Assembly: GCA_964276515.1 (NCBI GenBank)
Contig: OZ193910.1
Coordinates: 2,480,001 to 2,544,000, forward strand
Length of the DNA: 64,000 nt
Direction of reading: 5' to 3'
Source: Gordius albopunctatus
Lineage: Eukaryota
Shown: positions 10,747 to 23,328 of the stretch, one piece after another
How positions within the stretch are numbered: the first letter of the stretch is position 1
Layout: each line of letters begins with the position of its first letter
Made by a program: the position numbers and the translations under genes
Notes under the pieces: model-generated
What the model was told of the DNA's origin: nothing
The model's database searches: none
Seen by the model: only the letters and a program-made list of their open reading frames with translations

Positions 10747-13700
10747 AAACTCATCTATACTCCGTATAAACGTAGCATATTTGCTATGGAATTTATGGGT
10801 GAGAAAGGTGGGAAGGGGCGAGAATGCCTATGGTGGGGGAGGGGGCAATGATCAAGCCGGGAGTCAGATAATACTCGTACAACGTTGTTATTGTTTTTCC
10901 AAATCTTCTTCTTCTTTATCAGTTATTTGGTCCCACATTGGTGGGGTTTGTTTTGATGAGTCTCTTCCATCTTGACCGGGTTAGTGCCATGTCTTGACTA
11001 ATCTCTTTAGTTTCCATAACTTTATCGACTTGCATTTTCCACGTGACACGTGGTCGTCCTCTTCCTCTCTTCCCCGGTATTTTCATGTCTAGCACTTTTC
11101 GATTTACGTCATCCGGGTCCCTTCTTAGTATATGCCCATACCACCTTAGCCGATTTTTGTTAATCATGTCCGCCATAGGTTGAATACCCATTTTTGCCAT
11201 GAGAAAGTCATTCGTCATATGGTCGAGCTTAGTATACCTCAAGCTCCACCGTATCATTCTCATCTCCGTGGCTTGTAATAGCTTTCCTTCCGTGGTGTTT
11301 AATGCCCATGTTTCACTTCCATAGAGTAACAACGGTCTTACGATGGATTTGTAAGCTTTGCTCTTCAACCATATTGGAATTTTCTTGTCGCACATTACAC
11401 CGGATATACTTCGCCATTTAACCATCATTTTTGAATCTGGGCATTGACTTCCGTTGCGCAACCTCCCTCTTGATGTAGCGTCGAGCTGAGGTATGTGAAC
11501 CTGTCTACTTTTAGGTACTTTAGGTGGTCATCCAGCGATGGGGTGCTTGTACCGTTCATTTCCATGTATACAGTTTTTCGATCGTTGACCTTTAAACCAT
11601 ATCCAGCTAAGCGCTTTGACCACTTTTCTGCTTCTTCGAATACCTTCTCCCTTGTTTCCTCGCATAGTACTATATCATCGGCATATAGCATACACCATGG
11701 CGATGGCTTTTGAAAGTCCCTCGTTATCGTGTCTATAACTATATTAAATAAAAAGGGACTTAAAGCAGAGCCTTGATGTAATCCAATATTAATCCGAAAA
11801 GGTTTAGAGTCTCCAACTGTCGTTCTAACGCAAGAGTTTGAGGCTTCATAGATATTTTTCATAAGCCGTATATATGCGTCAGGGATATTTTGTTTCCTCA
11901 GGCACCACCATATTAAATCGGGGGGGGGGGGACCGTGTCATAAGCTTTCTCCAAGTCGATAAAAACCATATGTAGGTTTTATCTTTTCACCATACTTATC
12001 CATCATTTGTCTCAGGGCTAGGATTGAGTCGATTGTGGATTTGCCGCCTACGAATCCGAATTGATTAGCCGATATTTCCACCTCGCTTCTTAGCCTTGTT
12101 ACTAAGATCCTTTACAAAAGCTTCAAGGAGTGGCAAGTTAGCTTGATACCTCTGTAATTGGCGCAGTCCTGAGGGTCTCCTTTGTCTTTAAATAATGGTA
12201 TAATCGTGCTTGCTCTCCATTGATTAGGGATTCGCTCTTCTACCAATATCTTGTTAAGGAGGTTCGTCATGGTGGTGACTCCTTCTTCACGACATCCGAG
12301 AAATGCTTCCATATGTATTCCATCTGGACCATTTGCTTTTCCTTTTTGCATCTTGTTCATTTGTGTCCTAACTTCATCCTCCTGAAAGAGTTCGACCATA
12401 TTTATATTTGGCTCAATTTCGGGAAGGGAATCCTTGTCATTTGTAATATTCATAAGTTTCTTAAAATATCCTTTCCACCTTTCCATCACTTCCTTCGGCT
12501 TGAATAAGGTTTGACCCTTCTCGCTTTTGACTATTTTAAGAACTCCGACATCTCGACTTTTATTCTCCCTTATCTTGGCCAATTTGTACATAAGCCTATC
12601 GCCCCCTTTATGATCCAGTTTTTTTGCCATCTCGGTGTACGCAGCATTCTTCGCTTTTGCAACGGCCTTTTTTGCGGCCCTCTTTGCGTCCCTGTACTCT
12701 TGATGATCCTCCGACTTTTTTGATTTATGCCACCGTCTATATAGATTTTTCTTTATTTCGATGAAGTCTTTAACGGATTGATCCCACCACTATAGTTCCC
12801 TATTCATAGCCTTGCCTCCTTTGGTCTGTCCTAGAACACAAATCGCTGTTTCCTTAATATCCTTAGATAGCGTCTCCCAATCTTCGTCTACGTCCCTTTG
12901 CAACTTCCTTGCACCCAAGAGTGAGGAGGCTTTTTGATGGTATTCTTCGTTCATCGACGTATCCTTTAGCCTTTCGTATTGAATTCGAGGTTCATGTACC
13001 TTTCTTCTTTCAGGAAATACTCTTCTGTCAAGGTCCATAACAAGGGGACGATGTTGCCTGGCTATTTCTTCTCCCGGTATCACTTTGCAATCCTTGATAC
13101 TCCATAAGTCCTTTCACCGTATAAGCAAATAGTCGATTTGACTAAAATGCTTCCCACTTCTATATGTCACAATATGATCTTCGCGCTTTTGAAAATAGGT
13201 GTTAACGATCGACATGTCATATGCTTGGGATACTTGGAGAAGTTTTTCCCCTTCTTTGTTCTTCAGATAATGCCCATAGCCTCCATGATTGCGTTCATAC
13301 CCGAGGCGATCTTTCCCTACGTGAGCTTTGAAATCGGCCCCAATAATTAGCCTTTCTTCCTGTCGGATTCCTTGTATTTCCTTTTCCAATGATTCGAAGA
13401 ATATGTATTTCTCTGATTCCGAACACCCAATTTGGGGAGCATACGCGCACATAACGGTTAGGAGGCCCCCTTGATCGGCAATCTTCACCCACAATAGCCT
13501 GTCGGAACAACGTTTGACTTCCACCACCTTGTCCTTGAACGATTCGCTTAGAACGATACCGACCCCGTTTCTAAGATTTGGTGACCCACTGTAGAAAAGC
13601 TTGTATCCTTCTCCTAATTCTCGAGCATTCGTTCCGTTCCACCTCGTCTCTTGTAGGCAGGCGATGTGTACCTTTCTTCTTTTTAACATCTGTGTGACCT

Positions 13701-14213
13701 CGATGCTCTTCCCCGTCAACGTTCCCACATTCCAGCACGTAATTCGCATTCTTTCCACAACTAGTTTCCTTAACCGCCTTTGTTGTGAGTTAGGCAGTAA
13801 CCCTAGTGTATTTTTCACATTGCACGGGCGGGGTATGCAGTGCGCGTCGTTTGTGGAGGACGCCCTAGCCTTTTCTTGTAAAATCTCGTTTGAATTGTTT
13901 TTCCAAATATACTATTTAATTTGCCTTAATAAATAAAATAATAATAAATGTTTTATTGCAGTTTAATATTACGAAAATTTAACTTCTTAAATATTTTTAT
14001 GCAAAAAAACTAAGTTATCACTTTGCATTTTATTCTTTATTTTGAGGAATAGGTTTTCTTTCATTTATTGTTTATTATAACCTGGTTTTTATTGCCTTAT
14101 CTCAAATTCTAAACTCAGAAAAATTATTATTTATGGGGAAGGGAACGCAAATGGTATGACCTTGGAAAAGCCAATAGTCATCCTTCCAAAACGTACTACT
14201 TTAAATTGAGAGT
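10747..14213 (-). mobile_element. Inverted partial copy of the DINE-1/HINE-like family, split by the RTE LINE
   Basis: 10747-10839 is the reverse complement of about 15722-15814, and 14133-14213 is the reverse complement of about 15485-15565. Confidence 0.6.
10905..13893 (-). mobile_element. RTE-clade non-LTR retrotransposon (APE endonuclease + RT), near full length, inactivated
   Basis: WNVGTL, CLQETRW, AYAPQ, SQIDYLL (APE); NYRGIKL, NQFGF, FIDLEKAYD, GLHQGSALSP, YADD (RT); LLYGSETW, EMRMIRW, RLRWYGH, RGRGRP. (GAA)n 3' tail. 15-bp TSD ATTGTTTTTCCAAAT at 10890-10904 and 13894-13908. In-frame stops and frameshifts. Confidence 0.96.
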
Positions 14214-14466
14214 TAAAGACATGAGTTTGGGGAATCTTATCATATAATGAAGAATATTTTATAATATGAAAAGCTATTTTTCGCTTATACTCAAATGCAA
14301 CCTACCACATTTTATTATATTTTAGCACAAATTTAAAAAGATATAAGTCATATAAATTGTAAAGTTGAGATTAACCAATTTCCCATTACAATATTTGATA
14401 AAAGGAGAGTGTTTTAGGCAATTAGCCTTTTCATTGAGGATATCAAAAGTGTTACATATATTGTTA

Positions 14467-15870
14467 ATTGCTATGCAATTTATAGGCTCGCCTTTTGTTG
14501 TCCGTCCGTCCAACGTTCCTGCTGGTTCGATACCCAGAGAGGGCAAATTTTTTTTAATTAAATTAATATATTGTTCTTGTTAATACCATTGATAATATGA
14601 CTTTTTGACCTTGTCCTGGCTACTGACCAATGAAAAAATGACCATTGGCCAAATTGTGAATCGAAAGTTTTTTTTCCGTTTTTTGAATTGGTATATTAGA
14701 TTAACATTGATAATTACCTATGCCCCCTTCTACAAGGGCCTATGCTTCTACTGATATGGGTCCCTGTGCCCCCCCCACAAAGGCCTATGCCTCTACTGAT
14801 GTGAGTTCGAATCCCGGAGAGGGCAAATTTATTTTATTTTTTTCATTAATATATTGGTCTTGTTAATACCATTGATATATGACCTTTTGACCGTGGTCTG
14901 GCTACTGACCAATGGAAAAAGGATCATTGGCGAAATTGTGATTCGAAATTTTTTTTCGTTTTTTTCGTCTCTTATGTATTTATATCCTTTTTGATCGTGT
15001 CCTGGCTACTGACCAATGAAAAAAATGAGCATTGGCCAAATTGTGAATCAAATTTTTTTTGTTTTTTTTCGTCTCTTATGTATTTATATCCTTTTTGACC
15101 GTGTCCTGGCTACTGACCAATATAATTGATATGACCATTGGCCAAAGTGTAGCAAATTTTTTTTATATATTTCAAATATAGGCTATTTGGCCGTTTGCTG
15201 ACTACTGACCAATAAAAAAACGACCACTGGCCAAAGTGAGATTGAAATCGATTATTTTTTCTAGAATATAATTATAGGCTAGTTATTTGGCTGTCTGCTA
15301 ACCATTAGAAAAAATGACCACTGGCCACAGTAATGGAAAAAATGTCAATGGCCAAGGTCTGATTAGAAAATTTTTTCGTTTTTTAATATCTTGTTTATAC
15401 TATACATTTGAATAGAGTCTATAGTCATAATTCAAATTATGGGTCGCCTACATCAAATTGTTAAAATTTATACAGTATCAAAAAAACTCTAAATTGAAAG
15501 TTATACGTTTTGGAAGGATGACTGTTGGCTTTTCCATGGACATACCCTCTATTTGCGTTCCTTTCGTCATTTTGATTAACTTAGAAGTTGATAATTAAGA
15601 ATGAATGAAAATCTATTTCTCAATAAATAGAGTATTAATAAGTGTTTTATAGCAGATTTTACAAAAATTTAACTTTTTAAATATTTGTATAAATAATTAA
15701 CGAATCATTTTGCATTTTATACCCCCCCCCCTATAGGCATTCTCGCCCCTTCCCACCTTTCTCGCCCATATGCATAGCAAATATGCTACGTTTATACGGA
15801 GTATAGATGAGTTTCGTTCCCCCTTCCCTTCTCTTGTCCTCCTTGCCACCAGGGCCGAAGGCCCTGGTCT
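14467..15870 (+). mobile_element. DINE-1/HINE-like (Helentron-associated) non-autonomous element
   Basis: 5' subterminal TTGCTATGCAATTTATAGGC, then (GTCC)n, central tandem units GGCTACTGACCAAT...GACCATTGGCCAAA, a 3' inverted partner GCCCATA..TGCATAGCAA (about 15764-15780) and a terminal hairpin AGGGCCGAAGGCCCT (15851-15865). Confidence 0.6.
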
Positions 15871-18465
15871 ATCTATCTATCGCGATTGAAACTAATGCAA
15901 GTTTTTTTTAAAACTCATTAGGAAGCGCACTCCATTTTCCCATTTTTCACACTCAAAATCGGCTGAAATTGGACTATCTTAAAATCATGGAAAAATCCTA
16001 TTCTGGGGCTGGATGAGCCATGACTTACTTTTGAAAGGATATCACGCAAAAAATATTCGGGAAGGAGAGCCGCTGATTTCCATTATGCCAGCTAACATTC
16101 CATCAACGTCGAAGGGAGGAGTAAATTTAATTTTTGCCCCTTTTGTATTTATATTGTGTAAAAGTTTCATGGGTATAAGGGGGGGGGGAATGATATTTTT
16201 TGTAATTAATTATTATTTCGATGAATATATATAAGAATTTATTATCAGTTTTCAATTTGGTAGTGAGTTTGAGAATTGCAAGCATTTTTTGCATCTAGAT
16301 GAAAGCAGACGATAGATACTGAAAGCTTTAAACTTATAATTTAATTTATCGTAAATTTTTTTTTAACGATTTCATCAGATTTATTTAATATTTATTAATT
16401 GCGTTTAGCATATATCATGACGTTTTATTGAATTAAATTACCTGCTCCGATTTGATTCCATTTTGATGCTAATGGCTTTAAACTTTACGAAGGCAACTGC
16501 CCCCCCCCCCCCAATCCTATTTAAAAAGACACATAAATTATATGCTGCAAAAATTGTAATTTTACCCATCCCTAAGGTCTTGTTTTAATATCGGATTCAG
16601 ATTTAAATCGCGCGAATTTATCTTTGTCTAGATATCCGATTCCAAACTCGGTTGTAATTATTAATATATTGTTTTTTGATAGTTAAAAACGTTTTTTGGT
16701 TTATTTAAACTCTTGAGATTAAATCTAAACTTTGCTGATACCTAAAAATTTAAAAACATACAACATTTAAGCTTAGGAAAAATTTGCATCTTACAAAATC
16801 GCTGTTATGTTTTGGGTCTGAAATGTAAATCTGCTGTGAATTCGAAGTTAAGACACAGCTATGTCATAACTCGTACAACGATTTTTGCTGCGCAGTAAAA
16901 TCCGATATTAAGACAAGCCCTAAGATATTACTTAGCTTTTTGCCCCTACACTCGCTTACACCAGCCTGATGTTCTTTAGAAAAAAATTGGACAAGCCTTA
17001 GATTTCCGCTATCTACTCAAAACCAAATTATAAATTCAAGAATAATATACCTTCAAAATATTAAAAATTGGATACTATTATTTACATATTACGTATTTTA
17101 AAATTGATTCGAAACACATAAAGGCTATTCCATGTCGAATGGTCAAAAGAAACGATTTTGATCGACCATCTCTGATTCTGATAATTTCACTGGTCAACAA
17201 ATAATGGACTTGTGAAATTAACCTGCAAAATATTTGCAGATTCTGTTAGAGTTTTTCACTGTGAACACAAATATGTTTGTAGTTTTTTCCCTATACGTCA
17301 AGTTTTTTAAATATTCGCTGTCAAAGTTGCCAAAAACGCGATTTTAGCGTTTTTCAGACGTAAATAACTTGCAAATTAGTCGGTAAAAATTTTATTTAAT
17401 AGATTAAATACGTAGAGATTGGGGAGAGGAATGTATTTACAATCTTTTTTTATCGTAGCACTTTTACTTTTTAAATTATATACAAAATTAATTATCCCTA
17501 TCTTTTACATTGACAAATTACACCAGACTTGAGGGCGCCCTCCTTTCTCTTTAACACTAGGAATTAAGTGCGTGTTGTTGTTTATCTACTCTACTACTAC
17601 TATTACCCCCTTATTTTTTACGCTCGTGGGGGGGGGGGGGGGGTAAACCCCCCCTCTGCTGAGAAAGAGGGTAAAAAAGAAGGGGGGGGGGAAATGAGCC
17701 TGTTCGATACCAGGGTTTATATCAATCAAATCTGCCAAATGCCCGGTTACTTACATCTCTCTCAACCAAGCAACCATAGCTGCCAGTGATATCAACCGGG
17801 TTATTAACCAGCATGGTGCTGGTTATGATGATGGTAATGGGCGAGATATGGTAGTAGCATTTTGGCATATTAACAACACTAATGGTAAGTGATGTGTGCC
17901 TATTACCAGGTTTAGCACTATACAAGCAGAACCAATTCGAGTCGATTGTTATCACTAGTTTTATTTAGAGATATAAATGAAAATTAATATCTAAAAAATG
18001 AGTTGGAACGACTTTCTAATTTGTTTAAATTATTATCCCTGAAAAGGGGTTTGAAAAATAAGCTTTAAATGCTCATTTGTTCCTCCGCACGGAAATGTTT
18101 AGTAAAAGGCGAAACATTTGTACGATTTGCGTTGAAACCGAGTTAACAACTTCTCTTAAAAACGTCTCTTTTTTATACTACCAAAATGGTATAAATGTTA
18201 GGTGTTAAAGAAATATGTAATCTTTATTTCCTTATGAAGCTTTAAAAATTATGATGTTTTCCCCCTATATATACAATGTAAATTTAAATGCAAAAGACCA
18301 TAGATGTTTTTAGTTGCGGCCCATAGCTCTTAAAATATTAACAACCTCTTTGAATATGTCACATCCGCTAGATGGCAGCAGCGTATCACTTTACCGTTAC
18401 GCAGATTAATTCCTACCTGTTAATGCTTCAAGTGTTTTTATGTTTACATTTATATCACTATTGAC

Positions 18466-19460
18466 TAGTGTTGTGAATGAACGCGTGAAAAATGGATGAA
18501 CGGCGTTCTTTTGTTTTTTGGTGAACTTTCAACGTGAACGCGTTCCTTTTTTTGATGAACGCGTTCAAATTTAACGTTCCTTCAATTTTAAAAACTCTTT
18601 TTTATTTTTATTTATTTTAAAAATATTTTGTAACAAAAATGTCTTATATTTTTAATCAGCTGTTTTCCATTTTTCCTATAACCTATTCTGAAATAAACAT
18701 ACCATAACGTGCAAAATAATATAAGATAAAAGTTTATTAATTATATTTTAGTTTGTTGGTTAATATGGACAATCATATTATTATATCGTCGTCATCTCCA
18801 GATTCTGAATATTCAAAATCAGCAGATGAATTGACATTGACATGGCAAAAATATGATAATCACTCATTTCATATAAAGGACCGAATTCAATAATTACTAA
18901 ATGTAAAAAAAATAAACTTTTAGTTTTATTCGAAAAAGGGTTTGAAACCCCTAGAATTGATAATGAAAGAACTATCGATTCCGAATATTATTTTTGACGA
19001 GGAAGTAGAGGGCGGATTGGAGGATGATATCTTATCGCAATTTTTTGAAGCGAAGGACAAAACATTAAATCTTTTTAAAAAATTTCCTGCTTTAAAAGAT
19101 TTGTTTATTAAGTATAATACTCAAATCCCCTCATCTCCTCCTGTGGAGCGGGTTTTTAGTATAACTAATGCTTTATTGACTGCCAAGCGTTCCTGCTTAT
19201 CCAACGAAAATTTTGAAAAACAATTATTATTAAAAATTGATAAGAAAATTTTCTTATAAATAAAAAATCTTTATATTCGTTCTCGAAATAAACCTATTAT
19301 TTTTTATCATTGTTAATAAATTGTGTTAAAAAATATTAGACATTTATTTATATTAAATTAATTAAAAAAAATTATCATAAAATTTTGAACGAACGTGAAT
19401 GGGTTCATTAAAGTGAACGCGTTCTTTTTTTTGAAAACGAACGTGAACGTGAACGCGTTC
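18466..19460 (+). mobile_element. hAT transposon deletion derivative with transposase C-terminal dimerisation remnant
   Basis: ORF 18942-19259 contains FPALKDLFIKYNTQIPSSPPVERVFS...KRSCLSNENFEKQLLLK. TAGTGTTG left end; repeated GAACGCGTTC subterminal motifs at both ends. Confidence 0.78.
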
Positions 19461-19468
19461 GATTTAAC

Positions 19469-20020
19469 TTTTAAATTAAAATTTTACGAACAGAACTTTT
19501 TATTGATGATTAAATTCAAAATACATAAAAATAAGGTATAGCAATTTTAATAGACCTGAAATAAATATAAAATTTTATTTGACCAATTCCATATTATCAT
19601 ATAAAAATAATAAAGAATCTTGTTAACGATTGAAAACGGTCGAATCTTTTGAAATAAAATAAATTATATGCTTTTCAAATTTTTTTTTTAATTTTGTGAT
19701 TTCAGCGAGAGGTTTTGTAACAAATTTTTCAATTGTATTTTTAGCTGAAGTTTTTGGAATACATTTATGATGCAAAAGATGGGAACTAGATCGGATCGGA
19801 TCAACATTTTAATTTTGGAAGTCAGATAGGATCGGATCAACATTTTATTTTAGTCGGATCGGATTTTCAAATTTAAAATAAACAATAAAAAGTTCTATGG
19901 AATTAGTCAAACAAAATTGTATATTTATTTCAGGTCTATTAAAATTGCTATACCTTATTTTTATGTATTTTTAATTTAATCATCAATAAAAAGTTCTGTT
20001 CGTAAAATTTTAATTTAAAA
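19469..20020. repeat. About 125-bp inverted repeat pair
   Basis: 19469-19592 matches the reverse complement of 19896-20020 with few mismatches. The spacer contains GGATC-repeat sequence also found at about 9115-9185. Confidence 0.8.
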
Positions 20021-20044
20021 ATTTGGGATCGGATCGGATCGGAG

Positions 20045-20736
20045 TATGTATGTATGTATGTATGTATGTATGTATGTATGTATGTATGTATGTATGTATG
20101 TATGTATGTATGTATGTATGTATGTATGTATGTATGTATGTATGTATGTATGTATGTATGTATGTATGTATGTATGTATGTATGTATGTATGTATGTATG
20201 TATGTATGTATGTATGTATGTATGTATGTATGTATGTATGTATGTATGTATGTATGTATGTATGTATGTATGTATGTATGTATGTATGTATGTATGTATG
20301 TATGTATGTATGTATGTATGTATGTATGTATGTATGTATGTATGTATGTATGTATGTATGTATGTATGTATGTATGTATGTATGTATGTATGTATGTATG
20401 TATGTATGTATGTATGTATGTATGTATGTATGTATGTATGTATGTATGTATGTATGTATGTATGTATGTATGTATGTATGTATGTATGTATGTATGTATG
20501 TATGTATGTATGTATGTATGTATGTATGTATGTATGTATGTATGTATGTATGTATGTATGTATGTATGTATGTATGTATGTATGTATGTATGTATGTATG
20601 TATGTATGTATGTATGTATGTATGTATGTATGTATGTATGTATGTATGTATGTATGTATGTATGTATGTATGTATGTATGTATGTATGTATGTATGTATG
20701 TATGTATGTATGTATGTATGTATGTATGTATGTATG
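20045..20736. repeat. (TATG)n microsatellite, 692 bp (173 units)
   Basis: Read directly; no interruptions seen. Confidence 0.98.
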
Positions 20737-21774
20737 TTTTTATGTAAGGGGTAAATTCTGAAAATACCGGCCTGATTCGCGCGAAATTTTACACGTAGGT
20801 TCCCAGGGCGGCCAGGGGTAAAATAGCTTTTTCAGATTCCTAAAATTCCTTTTAGTTTTGAAAATATCGGACATTTCCCGGTTTTATACGTTTTGACGTT
20901 TAATAAAATGTCAATCAAACGCAACCTCATGACGTACTGCGTATCCCTCGTGTTCTTTGGAAATTTGAATATACAGTTCTTTAGTAAAAGTGTATCATCA
21001 CTTATAGTATTTTCTAGACCGTCATGCGTGTAGCTAGTATAGTGTGATAAATGAAGGCATGTGCTGCGGAAAATGGAAACATTTTACGATTTGAAATATT
21101 AATTTAAAGTCATTTTTTGCTTATTTTTCACGTCAATTATTATTATAGGACGGTCGTGTCCCCTCCTGCGTGGCTAAATAAATTAAAAAAATCTAATTTT
21201 GATATTTTTTGCGTGTTAAATAAGGGGGAAATGAAAATACTTTTAACAATGTGCCAATAAATGTTGATATATCTCAGTTCTTCGGACGTTATTAAGTTCA
21301 GAATTAAAATTTTTATTCATAAACAAATAATTATAATTATGATATTGTTTCTCAATTACAAAAAATTTAAAAAAATTGCTTGAAGGGCCAGGGGCCAAAG
21401 ATTTTTCCCTTGGGGGGGGGGGGGGTGTCATGGGGCCAGGTTTTCTCTCTTGGGTGGGCCTGGGCCTTGGACCCTTTTTAACTATTTGTTTAAATATTTT
21501 TGCATAATAAACACTTACCAATTATATTTGATATATTCTTAATCTATTATACGGAAATAGAACAATAGAAGTAGACAATAACCGCTTTATCATCATATAT
21601 GCCCTAAAATTCCAACATGATTTAATACATCCGGGTAAATGGCAAAACAACGTTTTCCCGGGTTCATCTAGTATTAGATTAAAAATCACATGGTGATTCG
21701 ATTTCAATAAAACGTTTTATTCTATATTTTCGTCTAAAAAAGCTTGCCCGCTTTTCATTTAATATTATACCAAC

Positions 21775-23328
21775 TAGAGGTCTTCATAGGCCGAAATTTC
21801 CGGGTCAGGCCCGGCTCATACCCGCACAGATATTTTTTTTACCCGTACCCGCCCCGCAAAATAACAACAAAAAATGCGCCGCATCAGGCCCGCACGAGAA
21901 AAAAGCTTCAATGTTTTCAAAAAAATTTATTTATATAGAAACAATTTTGCATGTATGAAAAAATTGTTATAGCATATAAAAACGATATTAATAAAAAAAA
22001 ATTATAATTCAATATTGTCATTTAGAAATAATAAACTGTCTATTCTATCAGGTAGTAGTCTTATTCTTCTTTGTTCTATTAGGCGACTTGCCTTACTAAA
22101 CGTGCGTTCCCTTGTAGCGCTTGTGGCTGGAATTGCCAAAAACTGTACAGCTAACTTTGTCAAAATAGGTAGGATAAAGTCGTGTTCTTTCCACCATGAA
22201 ATAATATCAAGCTCATCATCTATCGGTTTAAGATTTAATTTAAAATAAGTATCAAATTCATTAATCTCCTCAATCTGCTCTCTTTCATCGTCCTCCTAAA
22301 CCGAGATATCCATATCGACTTCACCAATAGCTAATTGCCTACATACCTAAGCTGAATTGGTCATAGATGGACGACTGATGCGTGAAGAGCTAGGATCTTC
22401 TTGCATTAATTTATTTAAAGTTTGTGTTACCATGGTTTTAACAAGAATAGCAATGTTGATATTATATAATAAGAAGGAGAACTGTAGCTAAAACTAATTA
22501 ATTATAAAATAAAATTTTTTAATGAATTACCTTAAAGCTTAAAACAAGGTCAATGAGATCTTGGAACAAATATTAAGCAATCTAAGAATTTGAAAAGCGA
22601 GGGAAAAAATAAACAATGAAGTTAAAAACAAACACTACCTTCTATCCATTCAATTTAGTGATGATCAAAACCAACACTTTATTTATCAAAATTTATAAAC
22701 ATATAGATGGCGTTATCGAGTAATATACATGTTTAACAATTAATTAAATTTTTATATAAAAAAATCTTATTTTTTTTTTATAATAATAACCAAAAACTAT
22801 TTTTTCTTCATTTAAAATTGTAAATATTTAAAAAGTTTGACGCATCTTGAAAAAGGAAAATAGTTAAAGTAAAATAAAAATTTATTCTTAAATTTATCGC
22901 ATAAAACAAGAGATTTTTATCAGGTTAAGCTGAGGTCAACCTGGGTTTCAGGTTGGGGATAAAATTGACCTGAAGGTTTTTCAGGTTGATTTTCGGGATC
23001 AACCTCAGGTTAAGGTTCGGGTGTTCAAAAACCTGGTAAAAGGTTTTTGAACACCCGAACCTGAACCCAACCTTCAATTAATTTACTTAATTAACGAAAA
23101 ATATAATATTAAATTTTCCCTCAAAATAATACTGTTTAAATAGCAAATTTTTGTTAGAAAAAATAAATTTTTTATCATCAAGATAATAAATGCATTTTTT
23201 GTGTCAATACTATAATGATAGTATAGAGTTTAATATATTTAAATTTTTTCACTTATCAAAGCCCAAGCCCGGCCCGCACTTTTTTTAGTGCTGATTTTCA
23301 GGTCCGGCCCGGCCCCTGCAGACCTCTA
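21775..23328 (-). mobile_element. hAT non-autonomous transposon
   Basis: TIRs TAGAGGTCTTCA / TGCAGACCTCTA; exact 8-bp TSD ATACCAAC (21767-21774, 23329-23336). Minus-strand remnant at about 22010-22290 reads DIISWWKEH..LPILTKLAVQFLAIPATSATRERTFSKA..RRIRL. Confidence 0.9.

Noticed and set aside
14600..15370. CRISPR-like array of GGCTACTGACCAAT repeats
   Set aside because: The spacers are themselves homologous, the context is eukaryotic and there are no cas genes; these are transposon central tandem repeats.
17568..17955. GC-richer segment with 73-77 aa ORFs
   Set aside because: No recognisable motif or splice context; probably a repeat fragment.
20023..20761. Three overlapping ORFs of about 240 aa (MYVC)n
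   Set aside because: Translation artefact of the stop-free (TATG)n microsatellite.
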